Shown in pieces: positions 12,796 to 27,043 of a stretch of 64,000 nt of DNA; positions within the stretch are counted from its first letter, which is position 1, and every line of letters begins with the position of its first letter. A program made the position numbers and the translations under genes. Source of the stretch: Octopus vulgaris (Eukaryota); NCBI GenBank assembly GCA_951406725.2, contig OX597839.1, positions 24,304,001-24,368,000 on the forward strand, read 5' to 3'. The notes below the pieces were generated by a model. That model saw only the letters and a program-made list of their open reading frames with translations. It was not told the DNA's origin and searched no databases.

Positions 12796-15096
12796 TAACA
12801 CACACTATGTACGAGTTACAAGTGAAATGTGTGTGTGTGTGTAGGAGGGGGGTAAGGAAGCCCACTTCCCAATCACTTGGTCTTGGGTTCAGTCCTACTG
12901 CGTGGCACCTTGGGAATGAATTTAGTAGGTGGAAGCTTCCATCATATGCAAAAATGTATGCATGCGTGTCTGTGTATGCATGTGTACATATGTATATGCG
13001 TATGTGTGAATGTGCATGTATGTGTGTGTGTGTGTGTGTGTGTATGCATATAATGGATTACAAGTAACAGATTATGATAAAAGAACTAAGACAATTTATA
13101 AAAAAAAATTCTCTCACAAAAGGGCCTTTTCTTTGATTCTGACAGTCCAGGCAAAGCTCCTTTAAAACCGTCGACCCATGTCAATTAATCCACCTGCCAA
13201 CACCCTCAGCCTCTCCACAGAGGCCCTAGCTATTGGCACAAAACCATTAAGCGTCATATCCAATGGCAACACTTGTAACAGCCGACAATTTTCACCATGT
13301 GTCCACAAGTAACACATAATCCAGCCACAGGAAGCCAGCAACGGCTTTTTAAATTGACTTACATTCTAAATCTCATTACATCAGCCAAGCAGAGAGGATT
13401 TGAGGGTTAAAAAACTGTCATGTCTTCTTGTAATCCCAATGGATTGTGTGAGTGAATTAGTAAATGGACAGCTAAATAACAAAGTCTGCCGTGAGCAGAG
13501 TCAGCCGGCAGGCCGGATAATTCTTCCTGTATTGTTTCGCAACAGAGCTTTGTTTCATCTCATTTACTTACACATGGTTGCAGGTGTGGCTGTGTGGTTA
13601 GGACATTTGATTCCCAACCTCATGACTTCAGGTTCAATCCCACTGCATGCTACTTCTACTATAGCCCAGGGCCAACCAAAGCCTAGTGAATGGATTTTGT
13701 AGATGGAAGCTGAAATAACACACTATGTCCGTATGTGTGTGTGTATGTCTGTGTGTTTATGTTTCTCCCCCAACACCACTTAATAACCAGTGTTGGTGCA
13801 TTTACATCCTCATGGCAATAAGAGACTAATAGAATAAGTACTAGGCTTGGGGTCAATTCATTCAACTAAAATGCTTCAAAGAACGACCACAGCCCAAGAA
13901 CAGCCACAATCCAATGACTGAAATGAGCAAAAGGCAAAAGATAGGATTATTTTTGTCAGACAAGCTGAGCCTTTTGCTTCCAACATTCCCTGAAAACATG
14001 TCCTGCCTAAGGAAACAGGTAAGGGTTGGTGATAGGTAAGGCGTCCAGCCATAGAAAATCTGCCTCAACTAATACCGTCTGGAAAAGTGGATGCTACAAT
14101 GACAATGATGGCGATATTTGAATTTATAAAACGTGGGACAACATTATTAAAAGGGCCCCCAGGCAAACACTGAGTCCTATAAATACAGTTGTTGTTCCAA
14201 GCTGAATTAATTTCAATTCCATAATTCCATTAATTGATGTCAAAGGAGATACAAAATGTCAGTCAATCTTCTCTCTCTCTCCCTCTTCTCAAAACATGCA
14301 AACCACAAACCAGGTAACCAACAAATTCAAACCCTCACCTTCTCTAACGGCTTTACAGAAGCACATTTTCAAACAAGTTTTCCTTGTATTTTTAACCCTT
14401 TGTCTGTTCAAAGTATCTCCTTAAGTTTCCCCTAAACATGCATGCATGTTTTCAGACTCTTAGTCAGGTCTTGTCCAATGCTTAAGTCCCAAGTCACTGT
14501 GGTGGCTGGAAAAAATTGGTGAATGCGTATCCTATATGATGATACATGGATGCCAAAGAAATATGTCTTGTGTATCACATATGATAAGGAAAGACAGGCA
14601 AAGGGCCAAGGAGAGGAACAGATATTGAGTGACGAGCTCCACAACATAAGTTACTCAAGTGAGTGACTCAAATTCCATAGTGTGAGTTAACCCTTTGCCA
14701 GTCCTAGTCATTTTCCTAAGTTTGTCCTAAATATCCATGCTCGTTATCAGGTTTCTAATTAGCCCTTGCTTCATGTTCTGCGCAATATAAAGCGTCCCTT
14801 TCCTCAGCGGCTTTAAAAATAGAATTGGGAATGTGTGTCAGATATGATGCCAGGGACACCAGGGAAATATGTCCTGAGTATCATGTGATAAGAAAGGACA
14901 GGCAAAGGGATTTAAGGAGTGATTTTGAAGGAGCTTCAGTTGCCTACAAACTGATGGAACCATGAGTATATCTAAAGAGCTGGATCTGCTCATTGGCAAC
15001 GGTCAATGAACAGACAACTTGTGAGACCCTAATTACATCAGACTCAGACAGTGGCAATGGGATTACAACCACAACATCAATAAATGGGAATAAACA

Positions 15097-15500
15097 GGCA
15101 GGAGTGGCTGTTTGGTAAGTAGCTTGCTAACCAACCACATGGTTCCGGGTTCAGTCCCACTGCGTGGCATCTTGGGCAAGTGTCTTCTGCTATAGCCCCG
15201 GGCCGACCAATGCCTTGTGAGTGGATTTGGTAGACAGAAACTGAAAGAAGCCTGTCGTATGTATGTATATATATATAAGTGTGTGTGAATATGTTTGTGT
15301 GTCTGTGTTTGTTCCCCTAGCATTGCTTGACAACCGATGCTGGTGTGTTTACGTCCCTGTCACTTAGCGGTTCGGCAAAAGAGACTGATAGAATAAGTAC
15401 TGGGCTTACAAAGAATAAATCCCGGGGTCGATTTGCTCGACTAAAGGCGGTGCTCCAGCATGGCCGCAGTCAAATGACTGAAACAAGTAAAAAGAGAAAA
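15097..15500 (+). mobile_element. SINE family A, near full length
   Basis: Near-identical to the copies at 42766, 53507 and 59330. Confidence 0.9.
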
Positions 15501-15809
15501 AGAAACAACTCCACAGACTTGGAACAAACATAGAAATGTATTTGATAGGAGCTTCTTTATGCCCAAGGGGAGTGGTTCCTAACCAGGGCCCATATAAGAT
15601 TTTGTTGATAGAATTTATCTGCCATAAATTGCTAATACTTCTACAATACACAAATTATGTTAAATTTTTATACAAACTTCATCATTGTCGTTTAATGTCT
15701 GCTTTCCATGCAGGCATGGATCGGATGGTTCGACTGGGGTCTGGCAAGCCAGCAGGCTGCGCAAGGCTCTAATCTGATGTGACAAGGTTACTACAGCTGG
15801 ATGCCCTTC

Positions 15810-16132
15810 ATCATCATCATTGTTCGACTGTGGTCGAGACTTTCATAGTCTTTTCAAATGGCTAATAATGTGTGCGTGCGCCACTACTACACACATTGGA
15901 AAGCATTGTACAACCAAGTACTAAAGATCTTTCCTCCTCCATGAAACAAAGCTGTTCCCGCTGGACGTCAACCCAGTATTTCTAAGCTACGGACCGAGTG
16001 ATTTATTGTAAGGTTATCTCCCTAGACAGATTGCCTTCACTGCGGCTAAGGAGCCCTTTCAACCCCACTGACACAGGTTGTACTGGTTTACAGTTTACCA
16101 GTAGTAGGATCCGATGTTGCATACATCAGACC
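15810..16132 (-). mobile_element. Short non-autonomous RTE-like retroposon inserted into a family B copy
   Basis: Exact 8-bp target duplication TGCCCTTC (15802-15809 and 16133-16140) and an (ATG)n 3' tail. The host element resumes after the insert. The RTE affinity is inferred. Confidence 0.7.
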
Positions 16133-16488
16133 TGCCCTTCCTAACGCCAACAACTCCCAAGAGTGTAGTGGGTACTTTTTACATGCTGTCTGCATGGGTG
16201 CCACTTGGTTCAACGGGTCTTCAGAAGCCCAGCATATTGCCCAACGATTGAAGGGTGCTTTTAAAGGGGCCAGTTATGCAACACTGGCATCGGCCACAAC
16301 TACGACCTCACTTGGCTTGCCTAATATTATCTAAATTATAAAATTACAATGAGATTTTTCTTAAACATCAAATGACCATGAAGGTCCATTAGATATTGAG
16401 CAGACACACATGATCAAGGGTATTCCAACCACGACCAGCCTGTCTTTCTTTTGGACACTGAGTATCTAGAACTACTACACTACTTTAA

Positions 16489-16709
16489 CCCTTTAGTGTT
16501 CAGATTATTCTGTCAAATGTGATGTTTGTTAATTTATATTATTTTGAATTAATCACGCATTATCTTGTAGTTTAGAGATTTCAGTGATGTTATTATTTTA
16601 GTTTTAGAACGACATGGCAGGGCTGAGGTGAGAGGCGAGATCTGGTCAGTTTCAATATAAAACAGGTTGAATATTTTGGCCGGATATGGCCGGTTTGAAT
16701 TCTAAAGGG
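16489..16709. mobile_element. TTAA-flanked MITE (piggyBac-like), family D
   Basis: TTAA|CCCTTTAG...CTAAAGGG|TTAA terminal inverted repeats. Confidence 0.8.
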
Positions 16710-17062
16710 TTAATTTTGGGACACAATTTGTTTTTGTTTTTTTTTTTACATTGGAGGGAAAGCTGCAAGGGGTTCAACACACACACACACACACACACAA
16801 AAATCCCTTAACACATTGCCAGCCAGTCACACACACATTATATTAGAGCCTCTCCAATCACACACAAACACAAAATTTGTCATGTTTCAATCAGGACAGA
16901 ATCCACCCCACATGCCCCACCCCCTGCTGCATATATTAAACCACAAGACATGTCATTGATACTTCACAGCTGTCGCATATGTTGTCTTTGCTTGCTTTTG
17001 TTTTGTTGCTATTTTCAGCTTTTATTTTATTTTATTGTTATAAAGGAAGTGGAAAAAAAACT

Positions 17063-17076
17063 GTTACCATAGAAAC
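17063..17076. promoter_or_regulatory. RFX X-box motif
   Basis: GTTACCATAGAAAC fits GTTNCC-AT-RGNAAC and lies in a unique island. Confidence 0.35.
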
Positions 17077-17671
17077 AATATAGAAGTGAACGAGGAATGG
17101 TCCCTTGGAATTGGTGAATCGGTTGGTAACAGGAAACCTCAGACAGGCCCAGAATTTAAGGGTTTGCCCTGAGGTGGAGAAAGATGTTTGACAGGGGAGG
17201 GGAGGGGGAGAGAGAGAGGGAGATGGAAAGAAAGATTCCGGGTGTGATACGGGTAGGTTTCTCTATTCAACACACACACACACACACACACATATACATA
17301 AATACATATACCACACACACACACATTCACACAAATGAATATACACACATATATACACACACATATATATACATGCGCACATAGACACATATATATACAT
17401 GCGCACATACACACACATTCACAGATATACACAGGCATAGATTCCCAGATATACACACATACATATACACATGTACACACGTGTGCGCATATGTTTTCTT
17501 ACAAACTGTGTAAAAAAAACATTCCGATGTAGAGAAGTTGGGGGGGTGGGGCTACGAAAATCTGCGAAGAAAGAGACAGACAGACAGACAGACAGGCTGA
17601 GAGGAGTCGTGAGGAAGAAGAGAAAAGATGGAGGTGAATGGTGAGCTGGTGTTATTTTATGTTTCAACTAC

Positions 17672-17723
<52 letters not shown>

Positions 17724-19132
17724 AATCATAGTGAAACTAACACTTGGTAACATACAGAACAGCTTGCTGTGAAGATTAAAACATGGCAACTATATAAATA
17801 TTTTCCAAAGTTTGCAGTAACACCACAACGGTGTTTCACAGCAATTATACACTACACCACTAGAACACATTCATATCTGTGAGTATATATTTATATACAT
17901 ATATAATATCATCATCACCATCATCATCATCATCATTTAACATCCATTGTCCATGTTGGCCTCGGTCGGACAGTTTGACCAAGGCCAGCAGCTGGAAGGC
18001 TGCACCAGACTCCAGTTTGTTTTGGCATGGTTTCCATGGTTGGATGACCTTCCTAACGCGAACCACACTGAGAGTGTGAGTATAATGGATGCTCTTATGT
18101 GCCACTGGCACGGGTGCCATTTGCATGATACTAGTATCTGCTATGACTGTGATTTTACTTGGCTCAATGGGTCTTCATAAATGTATATATATGTATATAT
18201 ATATGTATGAGCTTTGGGCCTCATCGATTTCCTTTCAAGAGTTAGGCCTCACGGCGGCAATGACCAAGACCTTTGGCATTATGTTGTGCTTGAGACGAAG
18301 AATCATCAAGCCAAGCAAACTCGCAGTTGTGGAAGAGACCAGTGTCACATAAATGCACTCAGCTGTAGAAAACCATGCCAAATCAGACAGGTGTGTTGGG
18401 GAAATTTCCAACCTAGGTTTTCATTCCTAAGGTATTTTTTGATGTTATTATTATTATTATTATTCAGGTCACTGTCTGGAATTGAACTCAGAATCTTGGG
18501 GTTAGTAGCTCATGCTCTTAACCACTATGCCATATGCCCATCAAGATGGTGGCACAGCATGACCACAGTCTGACGACAAGCAAGTAAAAGTATCAACATA
18601 AGGTGGATAAACTGGCAGAATTGGTTAAGGTGTTGGACAGAAGAAGAAGAAGAAGAATACCTTGTGGTATTCGTTCTGACCACTTGCACCCACTGATGTC
18701 CACTTTCATCCTTCAATGGTTAAGAGAAAAAAAGTTCAAATCCATAGGCACAGGCGTAGCTGTATGGTAAGCAGTTTGCTTCCCAACTGCTTGGTTCCAG
18801 GTTCAGTCCCACTGGGTAGCACCTTAAGCAAATGTCTTCTACTGTAGCCTCGGGTTGACCAAAGCCTTGTGAGTGGATTTGATAGATGGAAACTGAAAGC
18901 AGCCCATCTCGTGTGTGTGTGTGTGTGTGTGTGTGTTTATATCCCCATAACTTAGTGGTTCAGCAAAAGAATCCGATAGAATAGGTATCAGGCTTAAAAA
19001 AAAAAAACTACTAAGGTCGAATCATTCAACTAAAAATTTTTGAAGGTAGTCCCTCAGGATGGCCATAACGTACTCATATAAACAAGATAAAAAATGTATA
19101 AATACACACATTATAAAATGTAATCTGTTATA

Positions 19133-19367
19133 CAGGGTTGACCAAAGGTCACCTGACAGTAAATCAAAACCATTTCATTCCAAGATTTATTTATGTTTAA
19201 CAACTGAAGGAATTTAATAAAAGCATCTAAATATGAAACATCATGAAAACTGTTCAAACTGAAGTCCTTCTTGAGCGACACCATTTTCCTTTTGAGACAG
19301 AACAGAATTACAGAAGATTGTATGAATGGAATTTTGATTTACTGTTGGGTGACTTTTGGCCACCCTG
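19133..19367. mobile_element. Tc1/mariner-type MITE
   Basis: TA|CAGGGTTGACCAAAGGTCACCTGACAGTAAATCAAAA...TTTTGATTTACTGTTGGGTGACTTTTGGCCACCCTG|TA. Imperfect TIRs of about 45 bp with TA on both sides. Confidence 0.8.
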
Positions 19368-19455
19368 TATATGTAGTGCACCTGAACAATGTATACACCA
19401 AGTCCATCATCTGTGCATATGTGTGTGTGCGTGTGCATGTATATGTGTGTGTGTG

Positions 19456-19497
<42 letters not shown>

Positions 19498-19603
19498 CAC
19501 ACACACATATATGTATGTGTATATATATATATATATATACACACACACGTACATATATGTATATATATATATATATATACATACACACACATGTACATAT
19601 ATG

Positions 19604-19654
<51 letters not shown>

Positions 19655-19716
19655 GTACATATATGTATATACATATATATATATATATATATACACACAT
19701 GTACATATATGTATAT

Positions 19717-19775
<59 letters not shown>

Positions 19776-19869
19776 CATACATATATATACGCATATATCA
19801 TATATATATATACATACGCATATAACATATATATATATATACGTATACACACACACATTTTCTGATTGG

Positions 19870-20230
19870 TTCTAGTCATTTGACTGCGGCCACGCTGGAG
19901 CACCACCTTTAGTCAAACAAATCGACTCCAGGACTTATTCTTTGTAAGCCTATTATTTATTCTATTAGTGTCTTTTGCCGAACTGCCAAGTTATGGGGAT
20001 GTAAACACACCAGCATCGGTTGTCATGCGATGGTCAGAGGACAAACACAGACACACAAACATATATATACGAAGGGCTTCTTTCAGTTTCCATCTACCAA
20101 AACCACTCAGAAGGCTTTGGTCGTACTGAGGCTACAGTAGATGACAGTTGCCAAAAGTGCCACGCAGTGGGACCGAACTTGGAACCATGCGGTTGGTAAG
20201 CAAACTTCTTATCGCATAGCCAATCCTGCA
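19870..20230 (-). mobile_element. SINE family A, diverged copy
   Basis: Same head, body and tail in reverse orientation. Confidence 0.8.
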
Positions 20231-20233
20231 CAT

Positions 20234-20450
20234 ATCTTTTCTACTCTAGGCACCAGGCCCGAAATTTGGGGGGGAGGGGGTCCAGTCGATTAGATCAACA
20301 GCAGTATGCAATTAGTACTTAATTTATCGACCCTGAAAGGATGAAAGACAAAGGTGACCTCAGCAGAATTTGAACTCAGAACATAAAGACAAGCAAAATA
20401 CTGCTAAGCATTTCACCCAGCATGCTAACATTTCTGCCAGCTCGCCACCT
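20234..20450 (-). mobile_element. tRNA-derived SINE family C
   Basis: Head GGCGAGCTGGCAGAA..TTAGCA..GAGTTCAAATTC and a central CTTTCATCCTTTCNGGGTCGATAAA...AGTAC block. Other copies lie at about 5080-5170, 7505-7721, 35460-35650, 41975-42045, 52222-52396 and 52947-53110. Confidence 0.8.
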
Positions 20451-20467
20451 TCTATCTATCTATTTAT

Positions 20468-20507
<40 letters not shown>

Positions 20508-20945
20508 ATATATATATATACACACACACACATATACATACATATCTATACATTTTTATATACATACATATATATACATATATACACATACATATACATA
20601 TTTATATACATACATATACATATTTATACATATACATATATACATACACATATATATACACATACATATATATACATATATACATACATATATATATATA
20701 TACATACATATACATATTTATACACATACATATATATACATATATACATACATATATATATACACATACATATATATACATATATACATACATATATATA
20801 CATATATACATACATATATATATATATACATACATATTTATATACATACATATATATATATATACATACATATTTATATACATACATATATATACACATA
20901 TATACATATTTACATACACACACACACACATATATATACATATTT

Positions 20946-20999
<54 letters not shown>

Positions 21000-21701
21000 A
21001 CATATATATATATACACACATATTTATATACATACATATACATATTTATATACATACATATATATTATATTATATAGATATCATATTACTGGTATCAATT
21101 GGAAGTGGGGAGAAAAAGCAAAGCAATGAAGCAAAGACACCATAGCATGGTTTGAAGTGAGGCGGAACCAGAAAGCAATCTAATCATGGCCCATGCCATT
21201 TATTTCCGTTAGCAGCACTGCTTCACACACGCACAGACAAACGCACTTAAGGCAGACATTACAACAAGCAGAGAAAGAGTGGTGGCCATGTTAGTCTGGA
21301 AACCTGAGACAACCAAACTCCTGGACAGCCGAGCTCTTACAACTGTATACCAAGCGCACACACACACACACAGAATTGTTCCCTTATTGAGGAGCAAGCC
21401 TATAAATCAAGGACATTCCATCCATGACCATCCGATCTTTTTCTAAAATTCTTTTTGTTAGTTGTAGTTTACTTCGCATGGCAGTATCCAGTATCTTTAA
21501 GAAGGTAGTGTGTAGGTTTAAGGGAGATTTGGCTGCTATTTTTAGCAGATCAAGTGAACAATTTGATTTACACGGAAGTAAAAAAAACATCCACACACAC
21601 AAACACACACTTCTGTATAACTGGAAACACACACATACACACACACACAAATAAATACATATATGTACATATGTATTACAAAGCAAAAATTATACATAAC
21701 C

Positions 21702-21765
<64 letters not shown>

Positions 21766-21812
21766 CACACACATATATATATATATACATACACACACAC
21801 ACACATATATAT

Positions 21813-21955
<143 letters not shown>

Positions 21956-22591
21956 TATATATGTATATATATATATATACACACACACACATATATATGT
22001 GTGTGTGTGTGTGTGTGTGTATACACGCGCACACATACATATATACACTACCCATCATATATTCTTTTACTGGTTCGAGTGACTGGACTCAGGCCATGCT
22101 GGAGCATTCCTAATCAAGAATGTAATCAACCACGTTAATCCTAATAACAGTTCCAGGCTGTACTCATTACATCGATTCTATTTGTCAGTCTGCTAAGTTA
22201 CGGAGCATACACGGACACAACCTGCACACACACACACACACTGGACATGCAGCACAAATCTCTCCCGTCAGCCAAATTCCATTCGGAAGACATTGGATCA
22301 CCTCAAGACACGGCAGTGCTGTGCAGCGGGTCTGAGCCTGGAACTCTGGGGTTTACAAAGCTGGTAACCACAATCAGGCCCACCCGCCCACCCACCCACA
22401 CACACACAATTTCCTTTGGATAGATTTCATTGCGAAACCTGCTCTATAGAAAAACAATCATGTGTGTTAATTTACACATACAGTGTACTTTGTACACCAG
22501 TGATACACACACACACACACACACATACGAATGAGAGAAACATGTTACATCAACATAGAACACGTTATGAAGCCTGCATACACACACACAC

Positions 22592-22638
<47 letters not shown>

Positions 22639-22815
22639 CCTATCTAACTATGAGTCTATCTGTCTGTCTGTGTATCTATATAGATAACAGCACAAGTAGA
22701 TAGAAGAAGAAGAGGTGGAAGAAGAAGACGAAGGAGAAGACGAAGAGAAGGAAGAAGAAGACGAAGAAGAAGAAGAAGAAATGGGTGAAGAAAGCAAAAA
22801 AGAAAATAGAGGAGG

Positions 22816-22847
<32 letters not shown>

Positions 22848-23040
22848 GAAGAGAGTGAGGGGGGAGATTGACGGCGGCGGCGGTGCAATGGACAAAAGCC
22901 GTCTGTCTGTTTTCTGTCAGTTGAAAGTCTTAAGATTAAGTGTGAACGGCCTATTCTGGTAAAACCATTATGTGTCAGCTACAACATGCACCAGTTTGGA
23001 TGAGGAAGGACGGGGGGTGGGGGTGCGGGAGATCGCCGTG

Positions 23041-23091
<51 letters not shown>

Positions 23092-23334
23092 ATGCTGCTT
23101 CTTCCATCGAATCTCACAGCTGGTCTACTACAGGGCACACAGCTACTTCGGTAACATGACTCTTAATCAATAAAATCTTACAAACTCTAGTAGAAGCCAT
23201 TTCCGCCGCTGCTGCTGCTGTTGTTACCACCTCCACTCACCCCCACCCCCCAATCATAGCTACCTCCACCTCCACCAGCAGCAGCAGCAGCTGCTCGCCC
23301 TTTCAGTCACTGTGTCTACAAGCACAGACAAGCA

Positions 23335-23620
23335 TACACATACACACGTCCAGGCACACGCACACATACACCACACACATACACACGTCCAGGCACACGC
23401 ACACATACACCACACACATACACACGTCCAGGCACACGCACACATACACACGTCCAGGCACACGCACACATACACACGTCCAGGCACACGCACACATACA
23501 CACGTCCAGGCACACGCACACATACACACGTCCAGGCACACGCACACATACACACGTCCAGGCACACGCACACATACACCACACACATACACACGTCCAG
23601 GCACACGCACACATACACCA
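23335..23620. repeat. Minisatellite, unit about 26 bp (GTCCAGGCACACGCACACATACACAC)
   Basis: About nine units. Confidence 0.9.
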
Positions 23621-23693
23621 CAAGGCAGGCGCGATTTACATACATCCACATGCATAACGTTGAGCACACAAGGACAGGAGGCCAATAAAACGT

Positions 23694-23732
<39 letters not shown>

Positions 23733-23834
23733 TGTGCACCCTTAAAGGACAGACAGACGTGCAGACGTACATTAGTGGTTTTCATGTAGCACACGATGTA
23801 CTTTCATGAGTACAAGAAAAGTACAGACAACAGT

Positions 23835-23890
<56 letters not shown>

Positions 23891-24114
23891 CACGGTTTCA
23901 GAAACATGTAGAAAGCGCTCACAGTTAAAACAAACGGGTAACACAGAAATGTTCACTTACATAAACGCGCACACAGACCCCCAAATATAAGACACACAAG
24001 CGTAGAAAGACATACAAAGCACATTACAACCATATGTAACACATTTTTTATATCCGCAACCAGCAAAAAAGTACATACATTACGTATGTAATTCCGTAAA
24101 TACAAAACTAACGC

Positions 24115-24480
24115 AAACACATTACGTACAAGGTGCACACACACACATTACGTACAATGCACACACACATTACGTACAATGCACACACACATTACGTACA
24201 ACGCACACACACACATTACGTACACCACACACACACACACATTACGTACAATGCACACACCCATTACGTACAACGCACACACACACATTACGTAGAACGC
24301 ACACACACATTACGTACAACGCACACACATTACGTACAACGCACACATTACATTACGTACACTGCACACACACATTACGTACACCGCACACACACATTAC
24401 GTACAACGCACACACACATTACATACAACGCACATACACATTACGTACAACGCACACACACATTACGTACAACGCTACAC
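24115..24480. repeat. Minisatellite, unit about 22 bp (CATTACGTACAACGCACACACA)
   Basis: About 16 units. Confidence 0.9.
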
Positions 24481-26364
24481 TGTTCCACAGATCTTCCGTA
24501 TAATATCATCTCTATTTCGTTTCATATCATCTCTTCCATAAATCAGAGTTTTTTTTCTATGTATCTATCCTCTTTCTTTTATACTGAGGACACTTTCCTC
24601 TCTTTCAATCCGTCCTCTCTATTCTAACACACACACTCTCTCTCTCTCTCTCTCTCTAACCCCAACATCTATGAATCCATTGGAGAAATACACCTCCCAA
24701 ATACCTCGACCACTCCTTACAAACCCATATCCTAAACATTTTCTTCTCTCACCTATAGACCCCCACCCCTTCACACACCACACAGACAAATGTGTGTAGA
24801 CACACACACACACACACACAATAATCTCCCCTTTTGCCTCATTACACTTCCCTCACAGACAAAACCAACGGGGGGAGGACCACTACAGGATCACAAAATC
24901 AGCTAGAAATAACAACCAAATCTCCCTGAAATCAAACCTTACTGTCCTCAAAGCAAAAAAGAGAGAAACGTAAAGGGGACACACATTCGATAATGTAGTT
25001 CTATGTAACCCTACCGAAAAGTGGGATGGTCAAAACTGGAAAGGACTTTATAACGACAAGGCTGCACGAACTAAAAAACAAACACGGAGACCCTTGCTAA
25101 AAATAGCAGCTGCATCGCCCTCAAAACACGTTACTATTTCAGAAAAGGGATGTAAGTCATTATATTGAGAGCCTTACAAAAACAGACGGTTTATCTCATT
25201 TAACCATTAAACCTACCCAAACCAGGAACGAGCCGGGGTTTAACAACGTCTATCATATTTTTCCCACGGTTTTCACTCCCACCTCTATATCTCCTACTAT
25301 CCATAGAACTCCCCTGTTCTATGTCTCCACTCTATCTGTCATATACAATCGATTATCTCTCCTATCAAACCTGACAACTTCCGCTTTCTTCTCTCCACGG
25401 ATACGGCGAACACACAGACACACAGAACTCCGTCTGGCTGATTTACACTCACTCACTTGAGCGTATATGCGCGACCTCACCTCTGTGCGTGTGGACACAC
25501 GCCTGTATTACATATGCTATCTACACAGAAACATACACACATTTGTGTGTGTATGTATATATAAAGCAAACAAAGTACAATTTTCACACACACACGATGG
25601 CTTGACTGGATGAAACTTCGAAGTCACTGACAAATGTATAAGAAACCCATTAGATTAATGCAAAATTATTTTTTATTCTAACAGATCATAAAAACTAACA
25701 CACACACACACACACACACGTGCGTGTGCACATATGAATATACATATACACACATGCACACACACACACATTTACAGACGCACATATGTACATATACACA
25801 CGTTTATACACATACATACGCGTACACACGCATCCCATGAGACAGCAAGTACTTTCGTGCCCAGATTTAATATCCCAAACGGCTGCCCAAAGCAATCACC
25901 CCCAACCCTAGAAGATTCCTAACACACCCACACACGTACACAATATACATCCCATGTATTGTTTTATTAGCCGAGTATGAAGGGGGGGGGGGGGGCAGGG
26001 CTTATGAGATCCCTGTCCCCAGACCAGTGAAACTGATTCCATTAGCATAATGCTTCCCTCGAACTTTTGTAAATCAACACCTCAGAGGGTCAATGTTCGG
26101 GGTGTAGGGATTGGTACAGAGTCGGTAGGGGCCATTGGACACATGTCTGTGGGCCAGAAACCGGAGTCTATGTCAGTGACCCTTTTTTTTTGCCTATCTG
26201 CCAGATGGGTTTTTTTTCTGCCGTACCATCTCAGATCTGAGAGCATTTACACCGTCCCGAGCCCCAACTAAGCTGTGGAGACCATCAAAAATTGTTGGGG
26301 ATTTAAAGTATCTTCTGACCCATAAGAGAAGGGCTGGTCACTGAGATGGAATCCCAGCTGTTTC

Positions 26365-27043
26365 ACCCTTCAGCCTTCTCATTACTTTGTCAAATCTAAT
26401 GCTTATTTATTCACACTGTTTTAAATTAATCATGGATTACCTCATAGCTTTGAGACTTTGATGATGTAATTGTTTATTCTTAGAAAGACATTGTAGGGTA
26501 AGTGTGAGCAGAAGGATTTGACCAGTTTGAACATAAAATGGGAAGAGTATTTGGGCTGGCTATAACTGATTCGACCCTTTAAGCATTCAGATTACCCTGT
26601 CAAACGAAATCCTTTTTTATTCCCATGGTTTTCAATTAATCATAGATTACCTCATAGCTTTGAGATTTCAATGATGTGAATTGTTTTTAGAACAACATTG
26701 GAGGGTAGAAATGAAAGGCCAGATCTGGTCCGTTTGAACCTAAAACAGGCAGAATGTTTGGGCTGAACATGGTCAATTCAACCCTTTAGAATTCAGATTA
26801 CACAGGCAAATCTAGTGCGCCTTTCTTCACATTGCTTTTAATTAATCCTGCATTGACCCTCTGTGGTGTTGATTTACAAAAGTTCAAAGGAAACATTATA
26901 GCTTTGTGATTTCAATGATGAGAGTGTTTATTTTTACAAAGGCATTGTAAGGTAGGTGTGAGAGGCCAAATCTGGTCAGCCTGAATATAAAACAGGTAAA
27001 AATATTTGGGCCCTGATATAGCCAGTTTAAATGCTAAAGGGTT
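26365..27043. mobile_element. Head-to-tail trimer of family D MITE units
   Basis: Three units of about 210 bp begin near 26365, 26575 and 26781. There is a single right TIR at the end. Confidence 0.7.

Noticed and set aside
18661-18710. Possible 50-nt minus-strand exon
   Set aside because: Weak GAAG acceptor, not frame-preserving, no BAH similarity, and embedded among repeat fragments.
23335-24480. Regular short repeats as a CRISPR-like array
   Set aside because: There are no unique spacers. These are eukaryotic minisatellites built on CA runs.
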